Shown here one piece after another: positions 59,925-64,000 of a stretch of DNA of 64,000 nucleotides. The first letter of the stretch is position 1, and each line of letters opens with the position of its first letter. The position numbers and the translations under genes are program-made. Where the stretch lies: positions 1,672,929 through 1,736,928 of the forward strand of contig OZ244857.1 of assembly GCA_965220935.1 (NCBI GenBank), given 5' to 3'. The notes beneath the pieces are model-generated. The model did no database searches and was not told the origin of the DNA. It saw only the letters and a program-made list of their open reading frames with translations. The stretch comes from Rhodothermales bacterium. GTDB taxonomy: Bacteria; Bacteroidota; Rhodothermia; Rhodothermales; Bin80.

Positions 59925-60890
59925 ATGCTACGAACCTTGATCACAGGCGGTGCTGGATTCCTGGGATCTCATCTCTGCGACCGACTACTTGATGACGGTC
60001 ATGATGTTGTTTGTATAGACAATTTTCTCACTGGATCCCGAGAAAATATTTCTCATTTAACCGATCATCCACATTTTCAATTCTTGGAGCATGATGTGAC
60101 AAAATATATTACAGTAGATGGCCCACTAGATTATGTACTCCATTTCGCAAGCCCCGCTTCACCTATTGATTATCTGCGACTTCCAATCCAAACACTCAAA
60201 GTCGGTGCACTAGGAACTCACAACGCACTTGGATTGACGAAAGCTAAAAATGCATGCTTTCTTCTGGCATCCACCAGCGAAGTGTATGGCGACCCGCAAG
60301 AGCACCCACAAAAAGAGTCCTACTGGGGAAATGTGAATCCCGTCGGACTGCGCGGAGTCTATGATGAAGCAAAACGATTTGCTGAAACACTTACTATGGC
60401 ATATCATCGTTTTCATGGGGTGCAAACGCGAATCGTGCGGATCTTTAATACATATGGACCTCGAATGCGCCTCCATGATGGTAGAGCACTTCCTACATTT
60501 ATGCGACAAGCGCTCTGTGGAGAGGCCATCACCGTTCACGGAAGTGGAGAACAAACCCGATCTTTTACCTATGTGGATGACACCGTGGAAGGAATTGTAC
60601 GACTCCTATATAGCCAAATATTGACACCGATCAATATCGGATGCTGTGAGGAGATTTCTATTATTGAATTTGCAAAAAAAATTATTGCTATGACCAATAG
60701 TTCAAGTATAATTGAGCATCATCCACTACCAGAAAATGACCCCAAAAACCGTCAGCCAGATATTTCGTCAGCCCAACAGCTATTAAATTGGTCCCCCCAA
60801 GTTGACCGTGAAGAGGGGTTGCAACGGACGCTTGCTTACGTATCGGATAAGATCACACATTCTATAAACACCACTCATGCACCTCAATAA
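59925..60890 (+). CDS. UDP-glucuronate decarboxylase (UDP-xylose synthase), SDR family
   Basis: 321 aa with [18 protein letters not shown], and high similarity of pattern to UXS ([25 protein letters not shown]). Confidence 0.85.
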   Translation: MLRTLITGGAGFLGSHLCDRLLDDGHDVVCIDNFLTGSRENISHLTDHPHFQFLEHDVTKYITVDGPLDYVLHFASPASPIDYLRLPIQTLKVGALGTHNALGLTKAKNACFLLASTSEVYGDPQEHPQKESYWGNVNPVGLRGVYDEAKRFAETLTMAYHRFHGVQTRIVRIFNTYGPRMRLHDGRALPTFMRQALCGEAITVHGSGEQTRSFTYVDDTVEGIVRLLYSQILTPINIGCCEEISIIEFAKKIIAMTNSSSIIEHHPLPENDPKNRQPDISSAQQLLNWSPQVDREEGLQRTLAYVSDKITHSINTTHAPQ

Positions 60891-61848
60891 CTCTGAATCA
60901 TCAATCTATATTGCGGGGCATTCTGGGCTCCTGGGAAGAGCGGTGGTCAGTCAGCTTCAGAATAATGGATACCATAACCTCATCGTTCGGCCTAGCTCTG
61001 ATCTTGATCTTCGCTGTCAGAAATCCGTAAACGATTTCTTTAAGCAGACTAAGCCTGAATTTGTGATCCTTGCCGCAGCTCGCGTCGGAGGAATCCTTGC
61101 CAATGATCAATTCCCCGCAGATTTTCTTACTGACAATCTTTCAATTCAATTGAATGTTCTCAATGCAGCGCATCAATCTGGCATCAAGCGACTGATCTTT
61201 TTAGGCAGCACCTGTATCTACCCTCGCGAAGCGCCCCAACCCATTAAAGAAACTGCACTGCTCAGCGGACCACTTGAGGTTACCAATCAGTGGTATGCGG
61301 TTGCAAAGATTGCAGGGGTTCTGCAGTGTCAGGCACTCCGACAGCAGCATGGCCGTGATTTTATTGCTCTTATGTCCACGAATCTCTATGGACCTGGTGA
61401 TAACTTTGACCTCAAGACTAGTCATGTGCTACCCGCACTCATGCGACGACTCCATGAAGCCCATGTATCTGGAACCAAAGCGATCTCTGTGTGGGGATCT
61501 GGAAATCCGCGCCGTGAATTTCTTTACAGTGAAGATATGGCTAATGCCTGCGTATTTGTTCTCAAAACTCCCGAAGAGGATCTGATGCACATTGCACCTG
61601 ATTCAATGTTGAACGTAGGGTACGGAGAAGACCTCAGTATTCGAGATCTTTGTGGTATGCTTCAGCAAGTCATGCAAACCGATTGTATCCTGAACTTTGA
61701 TCCTTCAAAACCAGATGGTACTCCACGCAAGTTAGTTGATAATTCTCGACTGAAACAATTAGGATGGACTGCGCCGACTCCTCTGAGAAAAGGAATTCGT
61801 ATGACGTATGAATGGTACAAGTCTCAACAAATTAGCCTAAAGCATTAG
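60877..61848 (+). CDS. fcl: GDP-L-fucose synthase
   Basis: 323 aa with [25 protein letters not shown] and NLYGPGDNF. Confidence 0.9.
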   Translation: MHLNNSESSIYIAGHSGLLGRAVVSQLQNNGYHNLIVRPSSDLDLRCQKSVNDFFKQTKPEFVILAAARVGGILANDQFPADFLTDNLSIQLNVLNAAHQSGIKRLIFLGSTCIYPREAPQPIKETALLSGPLEVTNQWYAVAKIAGVLQCQALRQQHGRDFIALMSTNLYGPGDNFDLKTSHVLPALMRRLHEAHVSGTKAISVWGSGNPRREFLYSEDMANACVFVLKTPEEDLMHIAPDSMLNVGYGEDLSIRDLCGMLQQVMQTDCILNFDPSKPDGTPRKLVDNSRLKQLGWTAPTPLRKGIRMTYEWYKSQQISLKH

Positions 61849-62072
61849 CTCTGAATAAAACCTCTCCATGAGAGTTTAAACTTCATCTATGCTTCAATAT
61901 TAACTATATCTATATCATTATAATCTTGATGACTGCCATCAGTGTTGATCATATATTAATTTGATGGCTTTCTATCAATGCAGGCCAGTGTAACCGCATT
62001 TTATGATGGTGTGTCACTTGTCCGAACTTATTCACTCCATGATCTCCCTTAAATCTTACATGAACTCTTGTC

Positions 62073-63140
62073 ATGACCAATAAAACAGCACTCATCACTG
62101 GCGTTACTGGCCAAGATGGCGCTTACCTCTCTGAGCTTCTATTAAGCAAAGGGTATACCGTGCATGGCATTAAGCGCCGCGCAAGTCTCATCAATACGAA
62201 AAGAGTTGATCATCTGTTCGGCCATCCGATTGCGCATAAGGAGCGCTTTCATCTGCATTTCGGGGATTTAACTGACTCGACAAATCTCATTCGCATTGTG
62301 GAAGAAGTTCAACCTGATGAGATCTATAACCTTGGCGCACAAAGCCATGTTAAGGTCAGCTTTGATACGCCCGAGTACACGGCAAATGTTGATGCTGTTG
62401 GCGTGTTAAGGTTATTGGAATCTGTGCGAATCTTAGGACTCACCGATGCCATTCGATTTTATCAAGCATCTACAAGCGAATTATTTGGGAATGCTCCTGA
62501 ATCCCCACAATCGGAAAAAACTCCATTTCACCCTCGTAGCCCTTATGGTGCTGCAAAACTATATGCGTACTGGATCACCGTTAATTACCGTGAATCTTAT
62601 GGAATGTTTGCTTGTAACGGGGTCCTATTCAATCATGAGAGTCCCTTACGTGATGAGGCCTTTGTGACGCGTAAGATCACCAGAGCTGCTGCTCGAATTA
62701 AACTTGGGATTGATCAAAAATTATATCTTGGAAACCTTGATGCAAAACGAGATTGGGGGCATGCGCGTGATTATGTCAAAGGGATTTGGATGATTTTGCA
62801 ACAAGAAACACCCTGCGACTATGTCCTTGCAACTGGTCAAGCAACTTCTGTACGAACGCTCTGCTCACTGGCATTCAATGGGGTAGGACTACCCTTAGAG
62901 TGGGTTGGCAGTGGAATTGATGAGCAGGGACGATGCAAAAAAACTGGAAAAATTTTGGTAGAAGTCAATTCACATTTCTATCGACCTGCTGAAGTGCATC
63001 ATTTGTTGGGGGATGCCTCACTTGCTCGGAAAGAGTTAGGATGGGAACCAACAACGACCTTTGAAGAAATGGTCCATGAGATGGTGCAACATGACTTAAA
63101 ACACGAGCAGGCAATTTTAGACATCGGCGAAAACATTTAA
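62073..63140 (+). CDS. gmd: GDP-mannose 4,6-dehydratase
   Basis: 355 aa with [35 protein letters not shown] and NHESPLR. Confidence 0.95.
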   Translation: MTNKTALITGVTGQDGAYLSELLLSKGYTVHGIKRRASLINTKRVDHLFGHPIAHKERFHLHFGDLTDSTNLIRIVEEVQPDEIYNLGAQSHVKVSFDTPEYTANVDAVGVLRLLESVRILGLTDAIRFYQASTSELFGNAPESPQSEKTPFHPRSPYGAAKLYAYWITVNYRESYGMFACNGVLFNHESPLRDEAFVTRKITRAAARIKLGIDQKLYLGNLDAKRDWGHARDYVKGIWMILQQETPCDYVLATGQATSVRTLCSLAFNGVGLPLEWVGSGIDEQGRCKKTGKILVEVNSHFYRPAEVHHLLGDASLARKELGWEPTTTFEEMVHEMVQHDLKHEQAILDIGENI

Positions 63141-63150
63141 CCTCTCTGAG

Positions 63151-63912
63151 ATGGATCAGCCCTTGAGCGGAATTGTTCTGGCTGGCGGCACTGGAAGCAG
63201 GCTTTATCCTCTGACCAAGGTAACCAATAAGCACCTGTTACCCGTTGGAAATTATCCAATGATCTATCATCCCCTGTTACGACTCCGCGAAGCTGGGATT
63301 ACCCGCGTCGCGGTTGTCACAAGTCCAGAACATATGGGTGATGTGGTAAATCTTCTTGGAAGTGGCCGTGATCTGGGATTGGATTTAACCTATCGTGTAC
63401 AAGATAAACCTCAGGGAATCGCACAAGCTCTAGGACTCTGTGAAAATTTTGCCCGAGAAAAACCATTTTTGGTGGCGCTCGGCGATAATATTTTACAAGA
63501 TAACCTATCAGATGAAGTAAAGATTTATCAAAGACAAAAAGGTGGTGCACGTATTCTACTGAAATCAGTCCCTGATCCAGAACACTACGGAGTTCCAGAG
63601 TTTGAGGGCGCTCAAATTACTGGTATTATTGAAAAGCCTAAGCATCCTCCAAGTGAATATGCGGTCACTGGACTTTATTTCTATGATGCAAAGGTTTTTG
63701 ACTACATCAAAAAGTTATCTCTTAGCGGACGTGGAGAATATGAGGTGAGCGATCTCAACTCCGCATATGTGGAACACGATCATTTGACGTATGGAATATT
63801 GAAAGGTTGGTGGGGTGATGCTGGAACCATTGAAGGTTGGCATCAGGCTAATGAACTTGCTAAAAACCTTGAATATCCTATTTTAAACCAGAAAGAATCT
63901 CTACCCGAATGA
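63151..63912 (+). CDS. Sugar-phosphate nucleotidyltransferase (glucose-1-phosphate thymidylyltransferase-like, short form)
   Basis: 253 aa with GIVLAGGTGSRLYPLTKVTNKHLLPV and GDNI. Confidence 0.8.
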   Translation: MDQPLSGIVLAGGTGSRLYPLTKVTNKHLLPVGNYPMIYHPLLRLREAGITRVAVVTSPEHMGDVVNLLGSGRDLGLDLTYRVQDKPQGIAQALGLCENFAREKPFLVALGDNILQDNLSDEVKIYQRQKGGARILLKSVPDPEHYGVPEFEGAQITGIIEKPKHPPSEYAVTGLYFYDAKVFDYIKKLSLSGRGEYEVSDLNSAYVEHDHLTYGILKGWWGDAGTIEGWHQANELAKNLEYPILNQKESLPE

Positions 63913-64000
63913 TCTGGAATAATGGCCGTGTCCACGACTGTGAAGTCACACATCTTGGTCGTTATGACGATCACCGCGGCTGGCTATCTGAATTATTCCG
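63909..64000 (+). CDS. Partial 5' end of a cupin-type sugar epimerase (dTDP-4-dehydrorhamnose 3,5-epimerase-like), truncated by the window
   Basis: The ATG overlaps the upstream stop (ATGA). It reads MIWNNGRVHDCEVTHLGRYDDHRGWLSELF, and D.RG.L.E.F is the RmlC-family N-terminal motif. Only 30 codons are visible. Confidence 0.4.
   Translation, partial: MIWNNGRVHDCEVTHLGRYDDHRGWLSELF

Overview
This is a 64-kb chromosomal window from an AT-rich bacterium. Spot counts of single 60-nt lines give about 38% G+C in housekeeping genes. Two giant proteins carry T9SS (Por) C-terminal sorting domains, which suggests an FCB-group (Bacteroidota-related) organism. The core content is collinear and intact. 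It comprises an MscS channel, the rimP-nusA-infB-rbfA-truB-ribF-rpsO-pnp block, nadB, prfB (with its programmed +1 frameshift), gap-pgk, a GMC oxidoreductase, menF-menD, an H+/Na+ pyrophosphatase, prs-rplY(ctc)-pth, tRNA-Gln(UUG), and a nucleotide-sugar cluster (UDP-xylose synthase, fcl, gmd, rmlA-like, partial rmlC-like). The accessory content has three parts. (1) A roughly 14-kb defence/mobile island (20.7-34.9 kb) holds a Type III R-M system with two tandem mod genes and one res, an AlbA_2/Schlafen-type ATP-binding protein, a heavily decayed PHP-domain + SMC-like ATPase gene with two small upstream partner genes, and a degenerate IS110/IS1111-like element. (2) Two inverted ISL3-family copies bracket 11.6 kb. 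(3) Two paralogous giant fibronectin-III repeat proteins are G+C-rich (about 63% in a spot count). The main hunt result is that the only four G/C homopolymers of 11 nt or more that I found all lie in the 5' coding parts of two paralogous gene pairs (mod/mod and FN3/FN3). In each pair one copy is in frame and the other is out of frame. This is a contingency-locus (phase-variation) architecture that would couple methylome switching with surface-protein switching. Homopolymer assembly error is the main alternative and must be excluded with raw reads.
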